In this document: piece by piece, positions 10,318-23,199 of the stretch
Numbering within the stretch: the stretch's first letter is position 1
Layout: every line of letters begins with the position of its first letter
Source of the DNA: Octopus bimaculoides
Taxonomy: Eukaryota
DNA: 34,043 nucleotides
Reading direction: 5' to 3'
Assembly: GCF_001194135.2 (NCBI RefSeq)
Contig: NC_069008.1
Location: forward strand, 7,841,119 to 7,875,161
The notes under the pieces: model-generated
The model's database searches: none
What the model was told of the DNA's origin: nothing
The model's input: the letters and a program-made list of their open reading frames with translations, nothing else
Made by a program: the position numbers and the translations under genes

Positions 10318-11559
10318 TTGAGTCATCCCATAAATAATGTGTTTTCTTTTCAATTGCATGAACTAAAAGTTGGAGGGGGATGGGAAAAACTACCTGCATC
10401 AACTTGCTATAAAAGCAGGTGTAGTAATTTTACCTTTGCCTTATTCTTAGTGCAAGTTTTGAAGAGTGCAGTTCGATTTTAAAAGTTATTTTTTCAAAGC
10501 TATAACAGAAGTAACAAAGGAGCATATTTTGCTTTATGAGTTCAATAAAGGCAACAACACAACAGAAAGTGCGAGGAATATTAATGCAGTATATTGGGAT
10601 CGGACAATAAGTGTAAACCAGTGTCAATGGTGGTTTCAGAAATTCTGAGCTGGAAACTATAGTGTAGAAGATAAGACTCATCCTGGAAGATCTGTAGAGC
10701 TCACAAAAGAGGTCCTGCAAATCCTGGTGGAACAAAATCCCACCGTAACTGTTGAGGAATTTGGTCATTCAACCATTCATCATGCCACAGGAAAAGTCAG
10801 CAAATTGGGTCAATGGGTTCCTCACAAACTTCCTGGGTCATGTGCAAAGAGTGAAAGTGTGGCTTTCTTTGCTGTCATATCTCACAAATGAACCTTTTTT
10901 TGACCAAATAGTGACTGGTGACGAGAAATGGGTTCTCTATAAAAATGTCAAGCACCGAAGACAGTGGGTAGGAGAAACACCAGCACTCCAGGCTAAAGAA
11001 GGTCTTCACCCATGTAAAGTGTTGTTATCTGTTTGGTGGGATATGAAAGGTTTAGTCCACTTTGAACTTTTGAACCCAAACCAAATGATAACAAAGGAGA
11101 TCTACTGCAAGCGGCTTGAGTGGCTTAAGTCAGCGCTAGAAGAAAAATTACCATCTTTGGTTTCAAGATGAAAAGTGTTCATCCATCAGGATAATGCTTG
11201 GCCACATACAACAAGGATGATATTCCAAAGGCTGGAGCAGTTTGAATGGGAAATGATGCCCCCACCCCCCACCCACCATATACACCAGGCTTTGCCCCAT
11301 CTGATTATCATTTATTCTGCAATCTTCAAAATCATTTGGACGGAAAAAATATGAATTCTGTAGATGAGGTCAGAACAGTATTGGAGGAGTATTTTTTTAT
11401 CACTGACATGTGAATTTTGGAAGAGGGGCCTTGTAAGTCCACCAGATAGATGGAAGAGCATTGTAAAAAAATGAAGACCAAAAAAGAACTTTGTTTATCT
11501 TAATTTTGAAAAATAAAAAAAAGTATTAAAAAAATTGCACTATTTCTGGGATGACCCAA
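10318..11559 (+). mobile_element. Near full-length, inactivated mariner (DD34D) transposon
   Basis: Imperfect ~25-bp TIRs (ttgagtcatcccataaata / tatttctgggatgacccaa) flanked by TA on both sides. Motifs HILLYEFNKG, IVTGDEKW, LHPCKVLLSVWWD, HQDNAWPH and APSDYHLF lie in broken frames. Confidence 0.95.
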
Positions 11560-11832
11560 TATATATATTTATATAAATATAGATATCTTGTTAAGCAAAC
11601 AGTTGAACATTCATCATATATAAGTTAAACATTACTAGTACACTACGTTAAACATGTAAACAAGAACAATTAAAACACACTCATGCACTTAGCCAAACAT
11701 ATAATCACATGTAACAAGAAAATGTATTCATGCACAAAAGTAAACACATAATACACACACACACACACACAGTCGATATTCAAATAAAAAAAAAAGCTGG
11801 AGAAAATGAATGTGAGGACATGCGCAAAAAAT

Positions 11833-11980
11833 GTATTGGCTTGATGCTCGGTGAAAGGAGAGTTTGATGTGCTGTTGGCGATTTTTTCTCCTTCTTTGGA
11901 TTTTTCCCTTCCTCTTTTCCAATGAAGATCTATGTTCGAAACCTCAAACTCTCTCCTTTCACTGAGCATCAAGCTAATAC
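11833..11980. repeat. Inverted repeat with ~36-bp arms and ~76-nt spacer
   Basis: gtattggcttgatgctcggtgaaaggagagtttga / tcaaactctctcctttcactgagcatcaagctaatac. Confidence 0.85.
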
Positions 11981-12869
11981 CCTAGTTGTGCATGTCCCCG
12001 GGTTCATTCTTTTTGTTTTTTTAAATTGAAACATTAAGCTGTTTATTTATTTGAATTGACTATATATGTGCGCCATATTTGTTTAAAAAGTTAAACACAA
12101 TCTTTTATACAGCTGAACACAATTATATTTAGCAACACATCAACACATATAAGAAAACACTAACATGCAGATGGTTAAACATGTAGTATATGAGAGATTA
12201 TGGGATATCTCAATTGCTTCAAAACAGCAGTCAAGTCTCCCTCAAATCACACCATACACGCTTCCTATCATCAGTCTACCCCGTCTGGGTTGACCTAGGG
12301 TCAAACACTAAGAACAACTGAAACAGCTGTAAAAACAATACACAACAATAGGATCTCTTTGACAAGTTAGAAATGGCAGCCAAATTCACACAACTCACAC
12401 TTTTACAGTGATAGAAAATGATGAACATATGTAGCCTTAGATTATTTAAACATAAATGGGATGGTCATGGTGAGAATAACTTTGATCATAGGTCTGCTAA
12501 AGCAGAGCTGATCTGAGGTTAAATAACATCAACACCTATAGTACTGACCACACAACATTCACAACAGTAACCTCACAACATTAAATAACAACAACAACAA
12601 CAAATAGATGGAAGAAATCACTGCAAATTGAAAATAGAAACAGATAAAAAACAAAAAATTAAGACACATATCAATCCAAGGCCCCATAATTAGTAAAAAA
12701 TCTAACAACATTCTAAAAGTGACCCTTGACACAAGAGGTCATAAGGGCAGCAGTTAGGGTTAAGTTTGTTACAGAAGGAAGTTCAGAAGTTTTCAAGAAC
12801 CCCACCCCACCATTCTGCTCCCATACAAGAGACAGTTTATTGACAGAAAAAGGGGTAGCAATACCAAGT

Positions 12870-12975
12870 ATTATTATTGTTGTTGTTACAACTACTTGTA
12901 TTATTATTGTTGTTATTATATTATTATTATTATTATTATTATTATATTATTATTATATTTATTATTATTAGTAGT
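12870..12975. repeat. (TTA/TTG)n microsatellite
   Basis: Direct reading. Confidence 0.9.
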
Positions 12976-13582
12976 ATTTAGATACTGCTAGCAAAAGAAA
13001 GAAAACAAAAAAAGCATGATTGTGGATGGTTTGTATTAAAATTCATGTTTACTCCCTAAGAATATGTGAATTGATGGATAAGACAACCAATTGTCAAACA
13101 TTAATAAAGAAATTATCATAATCATCATCAAAACTCTCTAAATGGTAGAGGTTTAATTAGAATTCTTGTAAATCACACATACATACATTTAGAGAATAAG
13201 TAAAAATAAAACATTTCATCTACTCAACATTTGTTTCAAAGACCACATTCCATATGGAGTGAATAATGAATTTATTTGAGATAATCATTGTCCTTTCAAC
13301 TAAAATTATCAAGCTTCTAATGTTTCTATGCACAGACATGGATATAAGGTGAAGGCAGGGCAGTGGAGATTAAGAATCATGTTTAGCTATGTGAATGCAG
13401 TAAAGTGTGACCTCTGTCATATTCACTGACTGACCAAAACATTGAATGAAACTGAAGGCAGGAAACAGGAAATAGCCTGTCGTATATATATATATATATA
13501 TATAGACACATGTTAATATCGAACAATGAAAATGTGTGCTCAAAACTACATTGGTGGATAAAATTTTTTTATTTATTGCTTA

Positions 13583-13640
13583 ACACTACCATTGGTTTCA
13601 TGTCAAGAGAGATCCCTTAACAATTATCAAATCTGCCACA
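13583..13640 (-). ncRNA. Hammerhead-like motif with U3-A8 core variant
   Basis: UUGAUAA 13630-13624, 7-bp stem II uguuaag/cuugaca, GAAA 13599-13596, GUA 13589-13587; stem I imperfect. Confidence 0.55.
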
Positions 13641-14329
13641 TGGAACATTGGTGTTCGTACATGAAACCAATGGTAGCCTTAACCCATAAATAAAGTATAT
13701 ATAAATAATTTTAATTGAGGAAAGAGAAGTCAAATCTATGTTACATATGTTTCAATGAGCAAATGTAATTTATTTCATATTAAATACAAAAGTTCTGCAA
13801 TTTTATGCAAGAAATTCAAAGTCATTTTTGAGACATAATTTGATTCACAATCAACTGATGAAATAAACATACAAAAGTAAGAACTTTCACCACTTCAAAT
13901 CGGGAATCAAACCATGTGTGCTTAAAATTGCATATCTTCTGTATGTGATATGAAATGGTGTTTGTTCATTGAAGCGCACATAACAAATAATTTGACTTGT
14001 CTCTTCCTCAAAATTGTCATTCATTCTGTGAGGATTCTAACGTACCTATTTGATATACATGCCCATGATTGACAAAGTGTTCTGTTAACAGAGGAAAAGA
14101 GTTGCATGAATGTGTGTACCAAACATGCAAAAACAGAAATTTTTTCCGTAAGGGTAATTTTCACTTTAAATAAGTACAAAAACGATAATAATTGTTAGTC
14201 TCTTGCACAATAAAATTTACAGTTTTATAAACAATTAAAAAGCACTGTAAAATATTCACTTTCCTTTGATGATGGTCATATCCATGTAAAATGCACTGGG
14301 TAGTGCATTGTGTTCTTCAGCGAAACACT

Positions 14330-14790
14330 TCAATCTCACATTGCTCTACAATCATTTCCTGATACATGGTGCACTGTGCACCTCTTCAAGTAATGTCAGC
14401 TTCATGGAGGGAGTGAGGTATTGCACAGCACAAACGTTTGATCACAATAATCAAATCAAATGTGTGGGTTGTTTAGCATGAAATTTCAGAACCATTTTCC
14501 TCAGACTATGAGAGACTACCATCAATTGACTGAATTTTAACCAATCATTCTTTCATTATGAAAAGATTTAACTTTTACATTGCTATTTAGACACTCTGCT
14601 TTCCAGAACTCTTCATCTCATATTGCTCTGCAATCACTTCAACACCTGGCACGTGGTACATTGTGCACCTGTCCAGGCAATGTCAATTTGATGGAGGAAG
14701 TGAACTAATACACGGCACGAACATTTGATCACTATAAACAAATCAGTTGTGCAGATCATTTGACAAAAGCTGAACACTCATACGCTGTCT
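14330..14790 (+). repeat. Degenerate direct repeat, unit ~285 bp (two partial units)
   Basis: 14332 ctcacattgctctacaatca...tgtgcacc...tttgatcacaataa recurs at ~14617 as ctcatattgctctgcaatca...tgtgcacc...tttgatcactataa. Confidence 0.7.
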
Positions 14791-14843
14791 TCAACAGGAG
14801 AGTCCATCATATATGTATGTGTGTGTGTGAGTATGTATGTATA

Positions 14844-14889
<46 letters not shown>

Positions 14890-15234
14890 TAAAATGGGTT
14901 TCTTTTATTTCTGTCTACCAAATCCACTCACAAGGCCCAAGGCTGCAGTTGAAGACACTTGACCAAATATTATGTGCAGTGTGTGTGTACAAGTGCACAT
15001 TCTCCTCTCACATTGACACATGAGTACGATTGAAGACAATAGCCTTACTATCCATGTGAAAGCATGTCCAGGTAGTTCACTAAACTGGAGAATTACCACC
15101 TGACCTAGAGGTAAGCAAGGGTTGGCATCAAGTAACACAGGCAGATGTAGAAAATTCTAACTAACCCATGTGAATGGGAAAAAAGAAGTTGAAATGAAGA
15201 GGAAACACAACTACACACAAATATATGTGTGTGT

Positions 15235-15303
<69 letters not shown>

Positions 15304-16325
15304 AAAGAGAGATTATCTGTTCATGTCTATTTACCCCTGCTGGCATGAGCTGGATAGCCTGATAGGATCCAACAAGCTAGAGTACCTCTTGGAGAGCCAT
15401 AGATATACATATATGAGCATCTAATACATATGCTCAGTCCGGGAATTGAACTCCCTACTTCATAATTGTGAGCCTGACGCTCTAACCACTGAGCCATGCA
15501 CCTTCATGTTCTTAAGCAAGAAACTTTACTTCACATTGCTCCAGTTTACTCAGCTGAAGAAATGAGTTGGAATGTCAATGGTGCCAAGCTGTATCGGACT
15601 TTGCCTTTCTTTTGGATAACATCTGTGGCATGGAGAGGGGAGGCTGGTATGGATGGACCATGGCTGGTCTTCCATAAACAACCTTGTCTGGACTTGTACC
15701 TCAGAGGGTAATTTTCTAGGTGCAATCCCATGGCCATTCGTGACCAAAGAGGGTCCTTCAATACATATGTACAAACACATACACAGCCAGCTAGATTAAG
15801 GGTCATTTGTAGCATACTATGACTACCACTACTATTGCTATGCATGCCAGGCCTACCTGTTACCACCTGTTTCAACACCATAGGCCATTCTATCACTCAT
15901 CAGTGAGTGGCAGTGCTGCACGCCATGGGTCCACATTCTCAAAGAAACAGAAGGAACAATGTTTTGTAATTCAAACGTGGTACCATGTGTTCAACAGGTT
16001 TAAATGAACGTTTTTCATTCTACTTTGAAACCTATCTCTTAGTTCATTAAAACCCTTCCTTATACTTCAATTACCCTCATTCTCAACTTTGCTAGCTTCT
16101 CCCTCTCTCAGTGTTTCTCTCTCTTACCACTTCCAGTTTATGAATGAAGCTCATGTGGGCCTGTGTTTCTCATCAGTTGCAGCCAATTTTTTTCTTCTCT
16201 CTCTTTTCAACTTGTTCCTAAAGGTGGACTCTGTCTGAAATATTGGATTCCCCACAGTAAGCTTACTGTGCTCATTTTATTGATTATATCTGTCTGTCCG
16301 TCTATCTATCTACATGACAACTTAT

Positions 16326-16550
16326 AAATAATGGGCATTACATATTTTTCCATTATTAAAGCAAGTTTGGCTTATAGCTGTTTCCAGTAGTCACTATAGG
16401 TACGTTACTGATAGGTTTACTCAATCAGTCTATTGATCACTTGAGAAACGATTAAGTAAACCTATCAGTAATGTACCTATAGTGACTAATGGAAACAGCT
16501 GTAAGCCAAATTTGCTCTAATAAAGAAAAAGTATGTACTAACCATTATTT
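16326..16550. repeat. Fold-back element with ~100-bp arms
   Basis: aaataatgg...gtttactcaatc / gattaagtaaac...ccattattt. Confidence 0.88.
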
Positions 16551-16775
16551 TCAACTTGTTTCTTATATATCACTCGGTGCAAAAACCAGATTTACAATAT
16601 AGAATTGTGATGAACCATAACTTTGGACCCTGCCAAAAGAATACTTGGAGTTCTTCACTAATCTAAATAATATTGTTAACCGGGTGTGCCAACAGAGAGT
16701 TTATGAAGAATTTTGCCCAGATTGATAATTCCTCACTATTAGCTCTCTCTCTCTTATATATATATACACACACAC

Positions 16776-16922
16776 ATGGCTGTGTGGTTGAGAAGCTTAC
16801 TTCCCAACACGTGTTGTCTCAATGCATAGAACTTTGGGCAAGTGTTTTCTACTTATAGCCCTGGGCCAACCAAAGCTTTGTGAATGGATCTGGCAGATGG
16901 AAACTGAAAGCAGCCCATCATG
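16776..16922 (+). mobile_element. SINE family A
   Basis: Homologous to 396-557. Confidence 0.75.
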
Positions 16923-17022
16923 TATAGATGTCTGTGTGTCTGTGCATACCCTTGTTTTCACATTATGTAAATGAGCATTACCATCATCTAAGTGATGCTA
17001 CATGGTAGTATATAGACATATA

Positions 17023-17087
<65 letters not shown>

Positions 17088-17149
17088 NNNNNNNNNNNNN
17101 NNNNNNNNNNNNNNNNNNNNNNNNNNNNNNNNNNNNNNATGTATAATAT

Positions 17150-17410
17150 ATCGTGAAGGCTTGTGTTTAGTGGTTAGGGAATTTGACTCACAGTCATTGC
17201 TGAATTTAGGACCCGGTGGTGTGTTATGTCCTTGAGCAAGACACTTTATTTCATGTTGCTCCAGTTCACGCAGCTTTCAAAAATGTGTCACGCTGAATCT
17301 CGAGTTTTATATTAAAGGTATATATGTCTGTGGAGTGCTCAGCCACTTGCACATTAATTTCATGAGCAACTGTTCTCTTGATTGGACCAACTGGAACCCT
17401 CATTGTCATA
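17150..17410 (+). mobile_element. tRNA-type SINE family E; related pieces at ~9350-9615, 15330-15580, 25620-25800
   Basis: tagtggttaggg...ccttgagcaagacactttatttca shared between copies. Confidence 0.65.
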
Positions 17411-17423
17411 ACCAATGGAAAAC

Positions 17424-17455
<32 letters not shown>

Positions 17456-17524
17456 TTCTTCTATTCTTTTACTTGTTTCAGTCATTTTGAGTGTGGCCAT
17501 GCTGGAGCACTGCCTTATATATAC

Positions 17525-17700
17525 TGTCTGTGCTGGCATGGGTTGGATGGTGTAATGAGAGCTGCACCAATCTCCAGTCTGATTTGGCATGGTTTCTATG
17601 GCTGGATGCCCTCCCTAACTCCTGCCACTTTACAGAGTCTGATGGGTACTTTTATGTGGCACTGCATGGGTGCTTTTAGATGACACCACATGGGCACTTT
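17525..17700 (-). mobile_element. RTE 3'-UTR fragment
   Basis: Matches 575-760 (gctggcatgggttgga...ggatgccct.cctaac). Confidence 0.75.
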
Positions 17701-17719
17701 CACATGGCACTAGTGAGAC

Positions 17720-18070
17720 ATGCGACCTGAATGCAGAGACTAAAGGAGAATGAAGCTAGCAGGCTCCACTGGATGTGCAACATCAGTATGCATGTGCAAC
17801 AAAATGCTAGGCATAAGAGGAATCAGATGCAGTGTGCAAGAGAGAAGACTGCACTGGTTGCATCATGTGATGCTTATGGATGAGGGCAGTTGCTTAAAGT
17901 GGGTACAACATGTGGCAGAGGGAGACCCAGGTAGACATGGGACAAAGTAGTGAAGACTGATCTCAAGATGCTGATCCTTAAAGAGATGATGATAAAAGAT
18001 AAAAAAACCAAGATGATTGGCAATTCACTATGCTTGAGAAGACTCATCCGTCACAACAAAAAATGATGTC
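17720..18070 (+). mobile_element. RTE LINE C-terminal fragment
   Basis: ORF 17750-17950 RCSVQERRLHWLHHVMLMDEG is homologous to the C-terminus of the 564-3370 element. Confidence 0.8.
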
Positions 18071-18502
18071 CTACAGCCACCTTGGTTATCCTTGCCTGTG
18101 TGGAACCTTGTCCCTCCATCTTCTGCACCCCATCAAGCATTCCCTGTATCTCATTCCCCTAACACACATCACTCTTCTATCTATGGCACAACTCCCCGGC
18201 TGTAATCACTCGAGAGAAAGTCAGCACACACACATATAAGTACACATATGTGCATACAGACACGCATATTCTTTTGCTTGTTTCAGTCATTTGACTGCGG
18301 CCATGCTGGAGCACCACCTTTAGTCAAACAAATCGACCCCAGGACTTATTCTTTGTAAGTCTAGTACTTATTCTATCGTTCTCTTCTGCTGAAATGCTAA
18401 GTTATGGAGATGTAAACACACCAACATCAGTTGTCAATTGATGGTGGTGGTAGGGGACAAACACAAACAAACCTATACATACAAATATATATATATATAT
18501 AT

Positions 18503-18655
18503 ACGACAGACTTTCAGTTTCTGTCTACGAAATCCACTCACAAGGCTTGGGTTAGCCTGAGGCTATAGTAGAAGACACTTGCTTGAGGTGCCATGCAGTG
18601 GGACTGAATCCGGAACCATGTGGTTGGAAAGCAAGCTTCTTTACCACACAACCAT
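18503..18655 (-). mobile_element. SINE family A
   Basis: Homologous to 396-557. Confidence 0.8.
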
Positions 18656-18939
18656 ATATATATATATATATATATATANNNNNNNNNNNNNNNNNNNNNN
18701 NNNNNNNNNNNNNNNNNNNNNNNNNNNNNNNNNNNNNNNNNNNNNNNNNNNNNNNNNNNNNNNNNNNNNNNNNNNNNNNNNNNNNNNNNNNNNNNNNNNN
18801 NNNNNNNNNNNNNNNNNNNNNNNNNNNNNNNNNNNNNNNNNNNNNNNNNNNNNNNNNNNNNNNNNNNNNNNNNNNNNNNNNNNNNNNNNNNNNNNNNNNN
18901 NNNNNNNNNNNNNNNNNNNNNNNNNNNNNNNNNNNNNNN

Positions 18940-18970
<31 letters not shown>

Positions 18971-19115
18971 GTGGTTGGCGTTAGGAAAGGCATCCAGCTG
19001 TAGAAACTCTGCGAAATTTAGATTGGAGCCTGGTGTTGCCATCCGGTTTCACCAGTCCTCAGTCAAGTTGTCCAACCCATGCTAGCATGGAAAGCGGACG
19101 TTAAATGATGATGAT
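18971..19115 (+). mobile_element. RTE 3'-end short copy
   Basis: gtggttggcgttaggaa...ggaaagcggacgttaaatgatgatgat, the same 3' terminus as the long RTE. Confidence 0.85.
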
Positions 19116-19329
19116 ATATATATGGCTGCAACTCAATTTCAAGCAACAACATCAATCAATTCTCTTAAGTAGAAAGGATATAACTGTTTACAGTCTGGCA
19201 AGTAACTTACACACTATGCACCCATGTGGCAATGATGGGCACCTCTTGCAGCTGGTCTTCAGAGTTACCATTTATGCTGGTAATTTTAACACCCAATAAA
19301 AATTCCATGCTGGAATGAAGACGTCTTCA

Positions 19330-19480
19330 TTCATCATCATCATCGTTTAACGTCCGCTTTCCATGCTAGCATGGGTTGGACGATTTGACTGAGGACTGGT
19401 GAAACCGGATGGCAACACCAGGCTCCAATCTAAATTTGGCAGATCTTCTACAGCTGGATGCCCTTCCTAACGCCAACCAC
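19330..19480 (-). mobile_element. RTE 3'-end short copy, inverted relative to 18971-19115
   Basis: Reverse complement differs from 18971-19115 at only about 7 of 145 positions (counted by eye). Confidence 0.85.
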
Positions 19481-21274
19481 TCAGAGAGTGTAGTACCACT
19501 CAGAGAGTGTAGTATATAGATACTGAAAATATGTTTGAGGAAAACTGAACATTATTAAGAGAAGTATAAAGTAACACCATAATTCTTACGTATAAATTGA
19601 TCTAAAAAGTATTGAATAAAACACTTAACTTTCTATATTCATATTTATTGTTCTATAGTAACATAATATCTAGTTAGATGCTACTTACACAAATGTAATT
19701 AAAGAACAATCCATTTTCATTAGATACAAAAATGCAAAGAATACTGGCTCATTATAAAACAGGTAGTATTAAAAAACAAAAAAAACTTACTCCAGCATAG
19801 AATTTTAATTGAATGTTTTGCCTTTGTTGGCTTCAGCCAACCACATTATGCAACACATAATAAAGACGTCAAAAAAACAATCCAGTAACTCCTGTGCCTG
19901 AAGTAAGCAAAAGCTTTATATGGCATCAAAGCCACTCTGTAAATAACATAGTCATTTGCTCAAACAGAATAAATGAATGAATGAAAGTTATGCACTGTTG
20001 TAGGGGTCAACTGTCCAGGGGATGTGAATGTACAATCAAAAGTCCAGGAAAAAGAGAACGATTAAGGTGAATTAATGTGGAACTTACAGCTCTTGTACCC
20101 TGACTATGAATTCTCATTTGTACCTATCACTATAGGTAAATTTGCAGAAAAAAATCTAGAATTACTTGGTTTCACAGAAAAAAGCAAAAGAAATTGACAT
20201 GGATTCACCAAATCCAATCTATTAGTGACATAATAAAAGACATTCTAAATATTATCCATCTGAGATTCTTATGTGAATAGATACATACATTTGATTGGGT
20301 GCATTGATAGCTCAACCAACACACCAACTCAACCACATACTTACAAACACTGGGAACTCTCTTCAATCAAAATGTTTTGTCGCTTTGTTAACGACTGGTT
20401 TGAACTCTCAAAAAGAACTTAAATAAAACTCAAAAGAGAAACACACACACACAGATATACATAAATACATGATCACAGTAAGTATCTGTGATTACCAAAA
20501 GTACAGTGTTATAGCAGAGAGTTGCCAAGAAAAGAAATAAGACTGGAAATGTTACAACAAGATGTTACTGGATAAGGCGAATGTGTGGGAAAAGTTAAGA
20601 CTTCCCCATGCAGATATTACAGAAAGGAAATGACTGAACTTGATAGCTACACAGTAGAAAGTGCAATTTTAGGGTATGAAAGCAGTAAAGTAGGACACCT
20701 TTCAGTCTCTCAGATCATTGTTTAATTCAGAATATTGTGGGTTGCATATGTAACTGCACACACTCTATGCAGCAGAATCAAATGTCTATCGTTTTAACCA
20801 ACTAATTATGCTGTATAATTAACTGTTAAATTAAAAGAAAAATTTGAAGATGTACCAGTCTCCATACTCTTTGTAATTCTTTTGGATTTACATTCCTGAA
20901 AATAATCATAATCCAGCAAAGCAAACCTGGATTTACCCATCGGAAGAATTATGGTGTGATTGCTCACTCTAAGCAATCCTTGGTACTTCTTACTACTTGA
21001 TGCTGTTAGCTGGATCCTGGACTATACCTGAGCACTCTTACCTGCCTGAATAATTTATCCTTATATATTCACCATATATATATATATATATATATGTAAA
21101 TAGTAGAGAAATATTTTAATGAACTTTTATTTAACAATAAGAAAAATCCAAATATCATGACAAACTTGTTTCGTAACTCAAGAACATGTAAATAAACTAT
21201 ATTATCATATTTGATAATAAATAAATTACTTACATGTCTGCATTAATGTAAAATGCAAAAACATTCATTCAAAA

Positions 21275-21744
21275 NNNNNNNNNNNNNNNNNNNNNNNNNN
21301 NNNNNNNNNNNNNNNNNNNNNNNNNNNNNNNNNNNNNNNNNNNNNNNNNNNNNNNNNNNNNNNNNNNNNNNNNNNNNNNNNNNNNNNNNNNNNNNNNNNN
21401 NNNNNNNNNNNNNNNNNNNNNNNNNNNNNNNNNNNNNNNNNNNNNNNNNNNNNNNNNNNNNNNNNNNNNNNNNNNNNNNNNNNNNNNNNNNNNNNNNNNN
21501 NNNNNNNNNNNNNNNNNNNNNNNNNNNNNNNNNNNNNNNNNNNNNNNNNNNNNNNNNNNNNNNNNNNNNNNNNNNNNNNNNNNNNNNNNNNNNNNNNNNN
21601 NNNNNNNNNNNNNNNNNNNNNNNNNNNNNNNNNNNNNNNNNNNNNNNNNNNNNNNNNNNNNNNNNNNNNNNNNNNNNNNNNNNNNNNNNNNNNNNNNNNN
21701 NNNNNNNNNNNNNNNNNNNNNNNNNNNNNNNNNNNNNNNNNNNN

Positions 21745-21775
<31 letters not shown>

Positions 21776-22764
21776 AATATTGTAGGTGGCTTGTTAGCAA
21801 TTAAAACCTAAAGGTAAATTTATCAATGTCACTAATGCGACAAGGGTAAAGAGTGGTACCAGCATTGCTAGAAAGAAGAGTCAAAATGACTCGATTAGCC
21901 CCATGCATTTTTTCCTGGTTCTCTCAATTCTTCTCCCCAGAAATTTTCTGTGTATCTTGACAAAGGACTATGTTTGAAACATTGTACTTTTACACAGTAT
22001 CTTTCACTTTATAACTCATTTCTTTCCCTTGAGCATCAACCTAATAGTAAATAACTGTGACTGCCCCTTGAACTTCTCATGAGTTTTGTATTTGATTTTT
22101 TTTTTTTTTNNNNNNNNNNNNNNNNNNNNNNNNNNNNNNNNNNNNNNNNNNNNNNNNNNNNNNNNNNNNNNNNNNNNNNNNNNNNNNNNNNNNNNNNNNN
22201 NNNNNNNNNNNNNNNNNNNNNNNNNNNNNNNNNNNNNNNNNNNNNNNNNNNNNNNNNNNNNNNNNNNNNNNNNNNNNNNNNNNNNNNNNNNNNNNNNNNN
22301 NNNNNNNNNNNNNNNNNNNNNNNNNNNNNNNNNNNNNNNNNNNNNNNNNNNNNNNNNNNNNNNNNNNNNNNNNNNNNNNNNNNNNNNNNNNNNNNNNNNN
22401 NNNNNNNNNNNNNNNNNNNNNNNNNNNNNNNNNNNNNNNNNNNNNNNNNNNNNNNNNNNNNNNNNNNNNNNNNNNNNNNNNNNNNNNNNNNNNNNNNNNN
22501 NNNNNNNNNNNNNNNNNNNNNNNNNNNNNNNNNNNNNNNNNNNNNNNNNNNNNNNNNNNNNNNNNNNNNNNNNNNNNNNNNNNNNNNNNNNNNNNNNNNN
22601 NNNNNNNNNNNNNNNNNNNNNNNNNNNNNNNNNNNNNNNNNNNNNNNNNNNNNNNNNNNNNNNNNNNNNNNNNNNNNNNNNNNNNNNNNNNNNNNNNNNN
22701 NNNNNNNNNNNNNNNNNNNNNNNNNNNNNNNNNNNNNNNNNNNNNNNNNNNNNNNNNNNNNNNN
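21275..22764. other. Assembly gaps (N runs 21275-21744 and 22110-22764; others at 17088-17138, 18679-18939, 32426-32435)
   Basis: N characters, mostly adjacent to microsatellites; they could hide exons. Confidence 0.99.
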
Positions 22765-22906
22765 AGACCTTACAATGTTTAGAATGAATTAATCCTATCA
22801 GCGTAAGGATATAAACACACACACACTTCATGCTTGTGTGTGTGTATGTGTGGTTGGTTAAGCATGCAGTAATGCAAAACAAAGGTAGGCACACACAGGG
22901 ATGGAC

Positions 22907-22966
<60 letters not shown>

Positions 22967-23128
22967 CAACAAAGAAGGAGGGGATGACACATACACAGAG
23001 AATCAGAGATAGCTTGGAAAACAATTAGAGGGATAAACTGATGGTTAGAGAGAGAGAGAGGGAAAGAGAAGGGTGAGAGAGGAGGAGGAGGGGCAAAGTC
23101 AAGGTGGGAACTTACAATGTTTGTGTAT

Positions 23129-23165
<37 letters not shown>

Positions 23166-23199
23166 GGAGTAGTTTTGATAAAGCATTATTTGGTATTGC

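Noticed and set aside
19210-19300. Minus-strand segment INGNSEDQLQEV..., vaguely like CYRI DEKLQE
   Set aside because: Similarity is trivial and the position is inconsistent with exon order.
19790-19897. Minus-strand exon-like segment with good splice signals
   Set aside because: Stops in all three frames.
20346-20407. 62-nt exon-like segment with gtaagt donor
   Set aside because: Length is not a multiple of 3 and there is no similarity to CYRI.
16990-23024. Long ORFs listed over N runs and microsatellites
   Set aside because: Artefacts of gaps and TA/CA/AG repeats.
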